DNA of 64,000 nucleotides from Lepidodermella squamata. Lineage: Eukaryota > Animalia > Gastrotricha. The notes below the pieces were generated by a model, which was not told where the DNA came from, ran no database searches, and was given only the letters and a program-made list of their open reading frames with translations. Below, one piece after another: positions 48,801-59,878 of this stretch. Each line of letters opens with the position of its first letter. Position 1 is the first letter of the stretch. The stretch spans positions 248,001 to 312,000 of the forward strand of contig JBLDXI010000066.1 in the NCBI GenBank assembly GCA_047495785.1, given 5' to 3'. The position numbers were made by a program, and so were the translations under genes.

Positions 48801-49108
48801 AAGTTCCGAAAAAGCCTTACCACACTCTCTTGGGGAAACTGATTCAGAATTTGACTTGGTTTTGCATCGCAGCGACTATCTACAATCTCCTAATTCTGTG
48901 GGTCGCAGCTTCTTACTTTGATCCAACCGTCCCATCGCGACCTCACTTGCGTTTTTTCAACGGAAGAATCGGTTTGGTTCGCATGATTGATTTTTATGCA
49001 TTGCTTTTAGGAATTTCCTTATTTTTGTTTGTTCATTTTCATGTTCTCCGAAACAAGAATCTGGACTATCATTTAGTTATGAAATCATTCAGTCTTGTCG
49101 ATGAGTGA
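45817..49108 (+). CDS. LamG-LamG-Cys-loop pentameric ligand-gated ion channel subunit X (2 exons, about 923 aa)
   Basis: Exons 45817-47152 and 47673-49108, joined in frame by a phase-1 GT-AG intron. Signal peptide, then two LamG/pentraxin-like units (LVAFWPMD..SFTVSVH..CVSLYGTALTADEVNSL and LVGFWPLS..SFTLAFYIK..WTFFAIT..CFYFYNAALSRGEVFNL). Then the pLGIC ECD (LNEIDTVNE, WKP, Cys-loop CELSLQLFPFDTQTC), RNPRYY and M1-M4. Confidence 0.88.
47527..47560 (+). repeat. Short degenerate TTAGGG-like run in the intron of channel X
   Basis: GGTTAAGGTTAGGATAGGGTTAGGGTTAGAGG; probably part of a small mobile-element remnant. Confidence 0.4.
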
Positions 49109-49404
49109 TAGATCAAAGATATGTATATTAGGTATGTATGTTAAGCATATTGAACAATAAAAATTAAAATGATGATGAGTCTCTTGGCCGAGACGAAACG
49201 TATACGTATACGTCTAGCCAAACTACTACTAGCCAAAATGATGTTAGCATTGTTTTTCAACATACTATACACAACGCTAAGCAATATTTTGTTTTACGGG
49301 TGTTCCAGGTGCTGGAATCGTGTGCTATTCTCTATTATCGAACAAGAGGCCTGTTGAATTTCGCAGATTAATTCCGCAAGCATCAGAATATGAATACTCG
49401 GCTT

Positions 49405-49880
49405 TTCGATTTTAATTCATATTCCGGTGACAGTTGGACTTTGGTCCATAAGGTGAATTCTACTGGTCAGTATTCCAAAAAGGCCACATCAGGAATATTG
49501 TGATGCCATTGACGCTGGCCCCTCTAACTGAGAGTCTCCTTCTCATGCCCACGATGTACCAAATTGTACTGCTTTGTCTATCACAGTTCTTCTAACTGTG
49601 ACGGTTGTGCAAAGTGGGTTTTCGAATGAAGTTCGGCGAGAAGTCTTACGATACTCTTCTCGGCAAGCTGGTTCAAACTTTGAAGGGGTTTTCCATCGCA
49701 GTGGCAATCTACAATCTCTTATTTCAATGGGTGGAAGCGTCTTACTTCGATCCAAAAGTTCGAGCTTGCGTGCACCTTTTGAAAAAGGGGACTGGGTTGG
49801 CTCGTATTTTTGATTGATTCTTACTTTTGATTGATTTTTTTGCATTAGCCTTCTGCTTTTCCGCGCACAAAGAAAATCAT
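49405..49880 (+). pseudogene. Degenerate partial duplicate of the Cys-loop channel 3' region
   Basis: TTCCGGTGACAGTTGGAC..GT.CA.AAGG.GAATTC.AC.GG.CAG matches 48535-48583. Further on, SITVLLTVTVVQS and YDTLLGKLVQTL..IYNLL..WV.ASYFDP appear in different frames, with deletions. Confidence 0.8.
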
Positions 49881-50165
49881 AGGTAGAAAGCATTATCATT
49901 TCTGTTGAGGGGGAGCGAGTAGCCAGTTGGTCACATCGTCTCACTGGTCGCGAAGTGGTGCTCCCTGGAACTCGGACTCGTAAATTCTGCCGCAATCGAT
50001 TTTGCGCGCAAATAATTCCAACTTTTCTCATTTTGTCGAAGCGAGGATCCTACTACGATGGGAAAACAAAGCAAGGATCCTCTACACAGGAAATTAAACA
50101 TGATCACACCCATCTAGTCGGAGATACAAATTCACGCTTTGAAATGCAATTTTCGTATTATTCCT

Positions 50166-53100
50166 ATGTTACAGATTCACACACTGCCCATGCACTGTTA
50201 TCTCGTGGTGAGCTGTTTGGTTGCATGTACTAACGGCTTGGACGTTTCACAGATCGAGCTACCTCGCTTGGACCAGCTATTGGCCTTTTGGCCCATGGAC
50301 GCATACTCTGGCCTCACCGGCTTTACGAAAAATAACGAAGAGTTGCAACCGCTGCCGACAAACAGCACTTCAAAGTTTAGTAGCAATCATGTCACAAATT
50401 CTGGGTATTACACGCTGACGAGTGGGGACAGAATTGCTTCGTACTCTTTACCCGAAATTCCAAGTTCCTTCACGATTTCTGTTCACACTGGCGACGACCG
50501 CGGCTACGGCTTGATAGGATTCATCGGGCTATTCATGATTAAGCAAAACCGCCTTTCGCTGAGAACAGGGCCGAACAGTTGGTACGAAACACGTCATCCT
50601 GACATTTTGGTTTACACGGATTGCGAAATGAAGGCATTCACCTACGACGAGCCATCGGACACGGTTTATTTCTATGAAACAAGAAGTGGCGATCAGAGCT
50701 TGCATATTGAAAACTACACAGTCCCGAAAAAGCTTTACTACAGAAGCGAAATTCGCCCGCAAGTTGTCATTGGAAAACGGAAAGGATGGCGAATTGAATC
50801 CCCTGAATCGGAGTTCAAAGTATCATGTGTTTCACTGTACGCAGCCGCCTTAACAGCAGAAGAGGTGAAATCGCTGTTTCTCAAGCCATGCCGCAATGCA
50901 GTTAAAGCATCAATGGGTAAAATCGACCGAATCAATATGGCAGACATCCCGCGAACTGAGAATCTTCTTGGATTTTGGCCTATGTCTTACGGCTCGAATT
51001 TAATCGGCTGGGACGGAGCTGGTAACGTCATTATCCCCCGCCAGCCCAGCTCTAACTTAGTGAAACAGATCAAATTCGAAGGGCCGTATGGACAAGGCAG
51101 TTATAAAATGAATTTGAGCCAGGCGAATTTTTGGCCATCATTAGTTGCCTATGACCACTTGCCAAGGCCGCGCTCCGCCTTCACCCTAGCATTCTATATC
51201 AAATCGACGTGCGGTAACAGCGGGATTGTGACCATTCTCGGTTTTCTAACAGTTGAATGTCGTGTTGATATCAACGGCCCACACGTCTCGTTTGCTCCGT
51301 TAACGTCCAGTGGTTATGGGATGGAAACCTTTGCGTATGCAAATGGCACGTCAATGCGCTATAAGCACAACGGAACATGGGCGTTTTTCGCCATTACTTC
51401 AAATAGCGGCGCCCCTGACTGTTCAGTATACACACAAGCTGTGAACTTTGATATTGAACTTGCAGCTAACGGTAAGGAGATCACTTCGCTAAGTTGACAT
51501 CGTTGTTTAAGGCTAAATTAAAAAAAATAGGGATAACTGGTCGATGCATCGCGGGTTATATTTTATTCATGCATAATTAACATTTGAGATTAAAGGTTTG
51601 TTTACCCGCAAGCTAATGAATCCATAAATGAACAATATAGAAATTCAATAATATCTTCATGGTCTGCGGTCTTTGGTCTTGGCTTAAAGACCTAATTTCA
51701 ATTTCGGTCTGAGTCTTGGTCTTACTCTAAACCAAAAAGGTCTGGTCTGGTTAAGACCGAAAAAATGGCATACCGATATTCTGCAGGAAGGAGTCATTCT
51801 GCCTCAAATATGGGATTCTAGCCCTAAACCTGAAACAATTAATGGGAAGAAGTGTTACGCGCACTGAGCAATTAGGATGGGTGGCCTCACGCGGAATAGT
51901 TATAAGTTCAGCTCAAGTTCAAGTAGAGCTCAATTTCGTTTCTTTTCAACATAGATACTTGCATGGACTTCAACAAATATTTTATGACGCCGGTCTCAGG
52001 CATATCAAAGAATTACGTTTCTATAGAAATCGGACTCACAATGTCATTACCGGTCGAGGATACGCAGTTGGAGACGGAAATTGGAGACGGTGCTAAATGG
52101 CCAAACGAGATCTCTGATACTCAGTTCGCTTGCTTCTATTTCTACGACGCAGCCTTGCGAGTTGATGAAATTTACAATCTAAGCAACGCCTGCGGTCGAC
52201 TCATCTCTAAGCAAACAACTTTCTCCAGTGGCAACTCGATCGCCGAGCGAATGGTTCCGTTTTTCGAAAGCCAGCAATTTGACTACATTAACAACTTGAC
52301 TTCACTACAGCGAAATTGTGGTCATTTCAACGCTTCTGTCAATGCACCTCGAAATTATGAAAATGTATCAAACCCCGACGCCCCGCTGAAGGTCAACGTT
52401 GGATTCCAGGTGTCTGGTCTGAATGAAATCGATACAGTTAGAGAAATTATAACGGTAAAAGCATTAATGGTGCTCTACTGGCGGGTGAATACATGCCCTT
52501 GGCTCACATCACCTGCCCTTCCAACTGGCAGAAACTTCGAGACCATCTACATCGACAATCTCGACAATCTGTGGAGGCCTAAGATCCGCTTCCTCTCCGC
52601 AGCAAATTCCAACGTTCAGATGCGGAACATGGCTATCAATGACGATTATTTGATGATGATGTCGTCCAAAGTACCCACTGTCAATAGAACGTTTGATTTT
52701 TATTGGCAAAAAGAAGGTTTGTTTGTGGCGAAATGCGAACTTTCTCTGCAATTGTTCCCATTCGATACACAAATGTGCGATTTCGAATTCTCACTCGAGC
52801 GTAGCATCAACATTGTTCGAGTGGATGACGGAACACTGATGCTGGATTTCAAACCTTCTCATTCTGGAGATAGTTGGACCCTTGTTTCGAAACATAACTC
52901 GACCGGCCAAGTTTTCTACAAGGGATATAATGTGTCAACGTTCAAATTTACAGTCAGACTAGCCAGGATTCCTCGGTATTACGTCAGAAATTTTGTGATT
53001 CCGTCATCGACCCTCGCCTACTTGAATTTGCTTCTTTTCCTAATGCCACCTGATTTACCAGATCGTGCTGCTTTTTCTATCACAGTTCTTTTGACTATGA

Positions 53101-53432
53101 CTGTTGTGCAAAGTGCGGTTTTGAACGAAGTTCCAAAGAAGCCGTACGATACTCTTCTCGGCAAGCTGGTCCAGAGTTTGACGTGGTTTTGTATCGCAGC
53201 AACTATGTACAATTTATTGATTTTATGGCTTGCTGCATCTTTCTTTGACCCGCTGGCGAATTCAAGGCCTCAGCCACGTTTTATCAACGGACATGTAGGA
53301 TTGGTTCGCGTTATTGACAGCTGCTTCTTCATTTTCGGCATTTTCCTATTCCTTCTCGTACACTTTTGCGTTTTGCACATTCCAAATCTAGACCCTGGCC
53401 TGGTTTTCAGAGCATTCAATTTATTCGATTAG
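50166..53432 (+). CDS. LamG-LamG-Cys-loop channel subunit Y (2 exons, about 927 aa; alternative start at 50190)
   Basis: Exons 50166-51471 and 51955-53432, phase-1 intron at the same position as in X. Cys-loop CELSLQLFPFDTQMC; M2 PDRAAFSITVLLTMTV. Confidence 0.88.
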
Positions 53433-56400
53433 CTTTTAAAGAAAGAAAGTTTTTGTTATGATTGATGACTTTCTGAAACTGATTTATGATAACAAGTTAG
53501 AAAAAAATATTGCCCCAATGTCTCAAACCTTTGAAACCCTTGGAATATGACTCATTTTACTTCGATTGCTATTCACGAATCTTTGTATTGTTTCAGTTAG
53601 AGGGTGTGATCTCTGATAAATCTGAGAAATGATTCATTTCATCGCTTTTATCGCGAAGTCATTAAATGGCATAGTGGAATGGAAAACACACTACAAATGA
53701 TCGGTTTCTTTCTTGGTAGCACTCGGTAGCAATTACTTCTAGAGCTTCAACCAATAAAAACCAGAATAAAAAAAACAATATGATCAACTGGTTTCTGCCA
53801 ATGAATAGCAACCGAAAAAGTTCATAGTATATTTGTAGTCATCGTAGGGCAAAGAGACCGCGGTAGACCGCAAACCACTTGGAGGACTTCCATCATTTTA
53901 GCTGTTAGTCATTGCGCTTCCATTTCGATTGCTATTCGGCATTTTTGCAAATCACCTATTCGAAAGGTGACGACCTATCCGGAGACTCAAAACCCGCGTC
54001 TCTCCCACTGACTTTTTCTGCTGCAAACAAAATTAGGGGCCAGATATTGACTTTCCTCTACGCACCATTGCCTATTTTGCCTGCACTCGAAGGATGTTGC
54101 GAGACCTGCCACTTGCATGTCTGCATGCTGAGAAATGCCGGGGGAACCCCCGTACTGTCGCCGTTCGTGTCGTGGACATCTTTATTTCTTTGTTTGTTTG
54201 TTTGTATGCGCACATGTGCAATGCTTGACTACACGCCTACGTACACGCCTACATAACGCAATGTGCAAACCATGACTACCCGCCTACATCACTCCACAGC
54301 CAAAAAAGAAGTCATTCCAACCACTAGCCACTGGAACCTTAAATTGCCGGGTGAACCTTTGCGCACGGACGGAAAATAATTGCTTCTTGTTTCGCGATTT
54401 TCGCGAGTTTCGCGAGTTCACACTTCACACAGCGCTCACATCATACAAGAACATCATACAAGCCCACGTGATACGAACTAAACCGTAAACCGTAGCCAAA
54501 AAGTTCATGCCGTCGTGAATGTTCGAATTTCGAATAGTTTAAGCAATGAAGTGGTGCAGGACAGCTCGTTCAGAACCCGTGTGTTTTACTGTAACTTTTC
54601 TTGCCGCTTGCCGAAGTTTTACGAAGTCTAACGAACGTTTGCCGTGAAAGCCTCGTAAAACTGCGGTAAAATTTACATTACATACGTGCGGGACAGTAGC
54701 TCGTTCGAAACCGTGTACTTCGATGCTCCGGAGTCAATGATATCCACTCTCGTTGCTCTGAGGTAACCATGGCGTCGCTAGGAGACGTGTCTGCATTAGA
54801 CCTGGTCCCAATCAATGAGGCTTTACCGGTGTTTTCCTCGACAGTCGTCGCCGAAATTAGACGCGTGGAAGTCGGCTTGTTGCGTTGCTGCTGCCGTTTG
54901 AGCACGACGGCGCCATGGTTGTCTTAGAGCAATGTGTCAGGATCTAGAACCTTCTATGCTCTGGAACCTTCCATGTTCTGGAACCTTCCATGCTCTGGAA
55001 CCTTCCATGTTCCAGATTATTCAATAGACATTTATAAGGACATTTTGCTTTCTGTTAGCTTCAGATCGTACAGTGCGTTTCAGAATTATATGCCCAGTAC
55101 TTCCTTGTTTGTGTTGTTTTTTCTTATGTTAAGAATATTCACCATATTCACGTTGCTGTTGCTATTATTATTATGAGGTCAGCAATACGCATTTACGCAC
55201 AAAGTGAAGAATGGAGCGATATTTGCGATATCGTGGAAATTTACTCTCTTAACAAGCAAAAGCATTCATTTCAAAGCCGGAAACCACAATCTGAATAAGC
55301 AATTAATACCGTATTACCGCGCTTGATACGTCATGTCGATATGAATTTGCGTCAAAAGAAATCAATTCGAAAAAAAGTATCGCCATTTGACACTGTAGTC
55401 GTAACTGAAATTCGCCATTCCTATTACGCGCAAGGAATTATGCCGATATTCAGCAGTCAACGGTACGCCGTGGCAGGACTTGGCAAGCGACAGTAAGCGG
55501 CGCTAGCTTGGAGGAAGGAATCATTCCTCGAAGGGCGGCAGGGCGTCGCAGCTTATTTCAGCCTCAATTTTGCTATAATAAAATCGTAAAGCGCGCTTGT
55601 AAGTTAGAAACTGAAGCAGTATTACCCCATTCGTAATGAAACCTGCCGGCGGCCCGCCGCCTTGCAGCGCCAGTTCCGCTCCCCTCACAGCGCTAGTCCC
55701 GCTCTTTCTCGCGCGCACAATAGAATGACTACAACTACTACAAGTCACGATTTTATGGCGCCAAGCCGCACAAGAAGAGCTAGAAATTGATTGATAAAAT
55801 TTCTCATTTTGATCCGTTTCTGTGTGCCTGTATTTTTTCTGAATCTCCCCAAAATTTTCCGAATTTTTCAAAAATTGTCTAAAGCTTCCTAAATTATTGA
55901 TACCGAAAATGTGTTATCGACAAAGAAAGCCAGATCTACTCACATATTTGTTAATTTCTCGGGCGCGCTATTGATACCGCTATTATTGCAACCAATTGCT
56001 TCAGATTAGTGACAATAATTATCAAATGACCGCGCGCTCTCGCGCTCTTTATTTAATAACCAACTCGCTACAAGATTGTCTTCATTCTTCCTCGGCGACG
56101 AAAAAACCCTTACCTCTCGACAGTTTCGTTGTATCTGAAATACTACGAAATTTCGTTATATCAAAAAAATACATCTACATGTCGTATTAAGCGCCGTAAT
56201 ACGTTGTGTGGGTTTGACTAAGTTATTAAATATCTTATAAAATTTCGTTTTAATTGGAAATAAGAACTTTGATAGCTGAACAAGGAGGAAATCGCTTATG
56301 GTTCCTACATCTCCTCATTCACCTCTCAACATTTCAAGAACATTTAAATCTCAAGATAAAATATCGCAATAAAAATAAGTTGAATTTTCAAGCTCAATAA

Positions 56401-57018
56401 TTGTCTCATTCTCATCACTTACTTAATCTTAATGAAGAAGAAAAAAACGTTAATGAGCCCCCCGCTAAACATCCTTAAGAGATAGCAATTATGCCATTTT
56501 TATGAGGCTGCAATAAAAAAGCTATGTTCGTATTCCAATGCGCCCAAACATATAACTGTTGGGCATATAATTTTGAAACGCACTGTATTGGCAACAGCAG
56601 CAGCAAAGCTGCCGCAGTAGCGCCGGGGGAACCTTTGAGACTGACGACTGACGAGAACAATGATGGTAGTTCTACCTGTAAACTATCGGGTTAGGCCTGA
56701 ATCGAGCCTGCTGTAATCTCTATGCATGCCAAGACCAAGAATCACCGCAACCTTTCCATAACCTCACGCAACGGCACCACTTAGCGGAAGGCGTTACCTC
56801 CCAAGGTTACCTCATAGCAGCGTTGAATGCGCCACACAAACTCGCTTGGCAAGCGACAGCAGTGCTTGAGGGCGGAGACTCTGGCGTAGTAGTTGTAGGA
56901 CGGACTCTCAAGATGGCGTCCTGCGCCGTGCCAAAGGTGCTGGGCAAACGGAGGAGACCGCAGTTGTGCACATTATGTACAAAAGAGGTGACACCCCTAG
57001 CACCATGCATACCGTACA

Positions 57019-57175
57019 TACAGTACTTTTTGGCTTATTCGGACTTGCATAGGCCGGACTTCGCCTAATTCGGACGGATTCAGGTGGCTCGTGCCGGAAT
57101 TGTGGACTTTACATATAAAACGCATTGCTTTATCCGGACTTCGTAATCCGGACGTTTACATAAGTCGGACCATTT
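57019..57175 (+). mobile_element. Possible pogo/Tc1-like left end remnant
   Basis: TA|CAGTACTTTTTGGCTTATTCGGAC followed by reiterated (T/C)CGGAC motifs. No matching right end found. Confidence 0.3.
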
Positions 57176-57550
57176 TTGACCGGTTTTAAGGTTTAAAAGT
57201 TCGGATTATGGACAAAAATTAAGACTAAAACGCGCGCAAACGCGCCTAACAGCGGGCGCCACTTAGAGCATGCGGATGATGTGACTATGATTAGTCACTC
57301 ACAGACGCGGATACACACTCTCACTCGCTCACACACAAACACGTGGCTCGCGCAATAAATTTACGAACACGCACGAAATAAATTTCTTAACGCTGCTTCA
57401 AATATCTTGAAAAACTTCATAAGCGCAACTAAGCACTCATCTCTACATGCCACCTAAGAAAACCGTAACGACCAAGGCCACCTCCCGCCGCTGTCCAGGT
57501 ACCGATTCAAAAATCGTTGAGGTCATCCTAGCCGAGGCTAATCTTGAAAG

Positions 57551-57706
57551 CAGTGCGCGAAGTAGGATCCTCGAACTAGGAGGTATTTTCGGGCCCCAAT
57601 TTTATGACCAAAGGGTCCCCCCTGTGGTTTTTTGGCGGTTTTTCCACTTTGGCGTGCCGAACTGGGGGGTACGATACCCCTCATTCCCCCCGTACTTCAC
57701 GCCCTG
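57551..57706. mobile_element. hAT-like MITE, 156 bp, with a perfect 8-bp target-site duplication
   Basis: TIRs CAGTGCGCGAAGTA and TACTTCACGCCCTG (2 mismatches), flanked on both sides by CTTGAAAG (57543-57550 and 57707-57714). Confidence 0.8.
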
Positions 57707-58301
57707 CTTGAAAGTGAACAATCAATCTATGCGAAGAATTCAGGGTGATAGCAGCCCAAGAGCCTAAGAGCAACAGATTCGGTCAACGGCGTAATGAGTT
57801 TCAACAACTGATCGAGTAACCTATGAGCAACATCGACAGACAGCGCAAGGACGCCGCCATCCCCGAGCTTCATAGGGCAGGCCGAACGCTTCGGCCAGTA
57901 CCTTTAAAGACTCCTGAGTAGCTGCCACGCTTCATGTTGGCTGTTAGAGCGCCTACCTTCTACAAAAAGACGGTTAGTAATATCGCATCTCAAAATGGGG
58001 CGCCAGGATCGATGTAATGAAATGACCGCACGTGAGACGGTCTCCAATCTACCACCAACTTCGTCACGTAGCTTGCTCCCAGTACGATACGGCTGTAATG
58101 TAAAGGGTGGTTAACTAGTTTTAGATCAAAAAGCCAAAACTGAATAATTAATGGAGTGGACGACAGGCGTGCATAGACTGTGTGCAAACTGGCGGCACTG
58201 GTGGTGTCTTCTGCCAAATTGTCGCTCAAGGGTATGTTGGATTTTCACTGCCGTTTGCCGAGTTGTCGTTTTCGATCGAATAAAACAAATATTGTCGAAT
58301 T

Positions 58302-58388
58302 GGGCACACAGTAGTTCAGTGGATAGCTGTCTGCTGGGCATTGAGCGTCAAGATCGATGGGCATGAGTTCGATCCCCACCCGGGTCGA
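58302..58388 (+). other. tRNA-derived Pol III promoter (SINE head or tRNA pseudogene)
   Basis: A box TAGTTCAGTGG (58312-58322) and B box GTTCGATCC (58367-58375) with tRNA-like spacing. No clean cloverleaf. Confidence 0.45.
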
Positions 58389-59017
58389 CCACGATTATCA
58401 ATGACGCCCTGCCCCAACGGTGGCCGACGAATTCATCGTGTTACAAAAGTCAAAAGTGGTAGATTGGGAATGTCAGCAAGACTGCACCAATCGCTACCTA
58501 TCTGCCCTCAAGAGACCCCAACAAGCGACCCTAAGAGCGCTCATTCGGGACCCATGGCCTCGGCCCATCCATTCAACGAATGGGACGTCTCAAAAATCAC
58601 AAAGAACTTTCATTTCATTTTTTGTCGAATTGCCGAATTGTCGTTGCTCAATTGTCATATAACCACGCAAGAATATCAGCAATCGCATTTAGACCCAAAA
58701 GCCAAAACTATTTGATATAATTAACAGCGTGCGCGAATGGCGTGCATAGATTGTGCGCACACTGGCGGCATACAAACAAACAAACAAACAAACAAACAAA
58801 CAAACAAACAAACAACTTGTCAACTCACAAACGGTGACAGTATGGGGGTTCCCCCCGGCATTATTGTATTATTGTATAAATGTTACTTGCTCTTGTTCCA
58901 ATAAAGGCAATACCTAGCAAATAGCTTCTTGTTTTCACTCCGCTCCTTACATGATAATACGATCTCTCGCTATTGGCTAGCTACCTATTGCCTTACAAGT
59001 CCCGGAATCCCTCCACA

Positions 59018-59878
59018 ATGGAATCCACCGAACTCCAAGCTCAATTGGCTGAAATTCATGGTCAAGGCGAAGCTACCCTTGATCGGCTCGATTTCATTGG
59101 TGAACAAATCGCAAAGCTTCGAGATTCCGTGAATGCGTTGATAACCGCCTTCCCGTCGGCGTCAGTACCAACAGTTCCTGCTCCAGTTCCGCCTTCTGTT
59201 CCACTGGCGACGGGCCCAGCGAATGCATTCAGTCCCATTATCTCGAACCAAGCGATGTCTCGCGATCCTCGATTCTGTTTGCCTGCTATAACCCTTCGAG
59301 AAACGGTTTCGCAAAAGCAGACGTCTCAAGAAAATGTTTCCGAATCCGCGCAAGATTACTCTGATCAAATTCAGTCGTCCGGATCACAATACCAGGGATA
59401 TCCGACTTCCCAGACGCGTAACACCAACATGGCTCGAGAAGAAATTAGCGTCAAGGATAAGGAATCAAAACAATTTTCCGTCTCTATGAATGCTGGCGTG
59501 AAGTCGACGACCGACGACCTCGCGACAATAGCTGATTTCGACAAGGGTGTCAATAGTAACATCTCGGATGCTCAAATCGACGGAGACTACAGCACTCAGG
59601 TGATTGAGGCGGCGGAACCGACTCCGTGCAGAAGTGTGGATAACAAGCAGCCCGGTCCTCGTCCGATAATTCAACAAGCCGCTCGCCTTCAGTTTGATGA
59701 GGTTAAAGGTCTTCAGCTCATCGACAGTCCACACGGTGATCTGAATCTCCAAGATCCACGACATTGGTCATACGAGCGTCCAATCGATCTCGAGCCTGGA
59801 AAACCGCCGCCCATGCTCACCAAGGAAATAGGAATCGAGCATCGACGTCTGGCTTCCGTCGGCTTCGAGGGAGGGTAG
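59018..59878 (+). CDS. Single ORF of the LTR element (about 286 aa); N-terminal coiled coil, otherwise low complexity; possible gag-derived remnant
   Basis: ATG at 59018 gives MESTELQAQLAEIHGQGEATLDRLDFIGEQIAKLRDSVNALI. The stop TAG is the end of the PPT, directly abutting the 3' LTR. Confidence 0.45.
   Translation: MESTELQAQLAEIHGQGEATLDRLDFIGEQIAKLRDSVNALITAFPSASVPTVPAPVPPSVPLATGPANAFSPIISNQAMSRDPRFCLPAITLRETVSQKQTSQENVSESAQDYSDQIQSSGSQYQGYPTSQTRNTNMAREEISVKDKESKQFSVSMNAGVKSTTDDLATIADFDKGVNSNISDAQIDGDYSTQVIEAAEPTPCRSVDNKQPGPRPIIQQAARLQFDEVKGLQLIDSPHGDLNLQDPRHWSYERPIDLEPGKPPPMLTKEIGIEHRRLASVGFEGG

Larger units (their letters stand above)
56587..58862 (-). mobile_element. Second HINE/Helentron-like copy, nested in opposite orientation (about 2.3 kb)
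   Basis: Reverse-complement 5' end with (CAAA)n at 58773-58813 and GGGGGTTCCCCCCGGCATT to 58862. Reverse-complement 3' end ATTGGCAACAGCAGCAGCAAAGCTGCCGCAGTAGCGCCGGGGGAACC at 56587-56633. Confidence 0.65.

Noticed and set aside
54945-55012. Short repeats TCTGGAACCTTCCATG resembling a CRISPR array
   Set aside because: Head-to-tail 17-bp tandem units with no spacers, inside an LTR, in a eukaryotic locus with no cas genes.
57447-57767. 106-aa ORF starting MPPKK as a gene or transposase
   Set aside because: It reads through a MITE insertion. Removing the MITE gives a stop within about 13 codons, and no transposase motif is visible.
58302-58388. Possible functional tRNA gene
   Set aside because: A and B boxes are present, but the acceptor, anticodon and T stems do not pair convincingly; kept only as a SINE-like head.
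54133-58862. Inverted GCCGGGGGAACC ends as TIRs of one 4.7-kb cut-and-paste transposon
   Set aside because: No TSD, and each end has its own hairpin-bearing 3' partner (60723 and 56587). Two oppositely oriented HINE-like copies explain it better.
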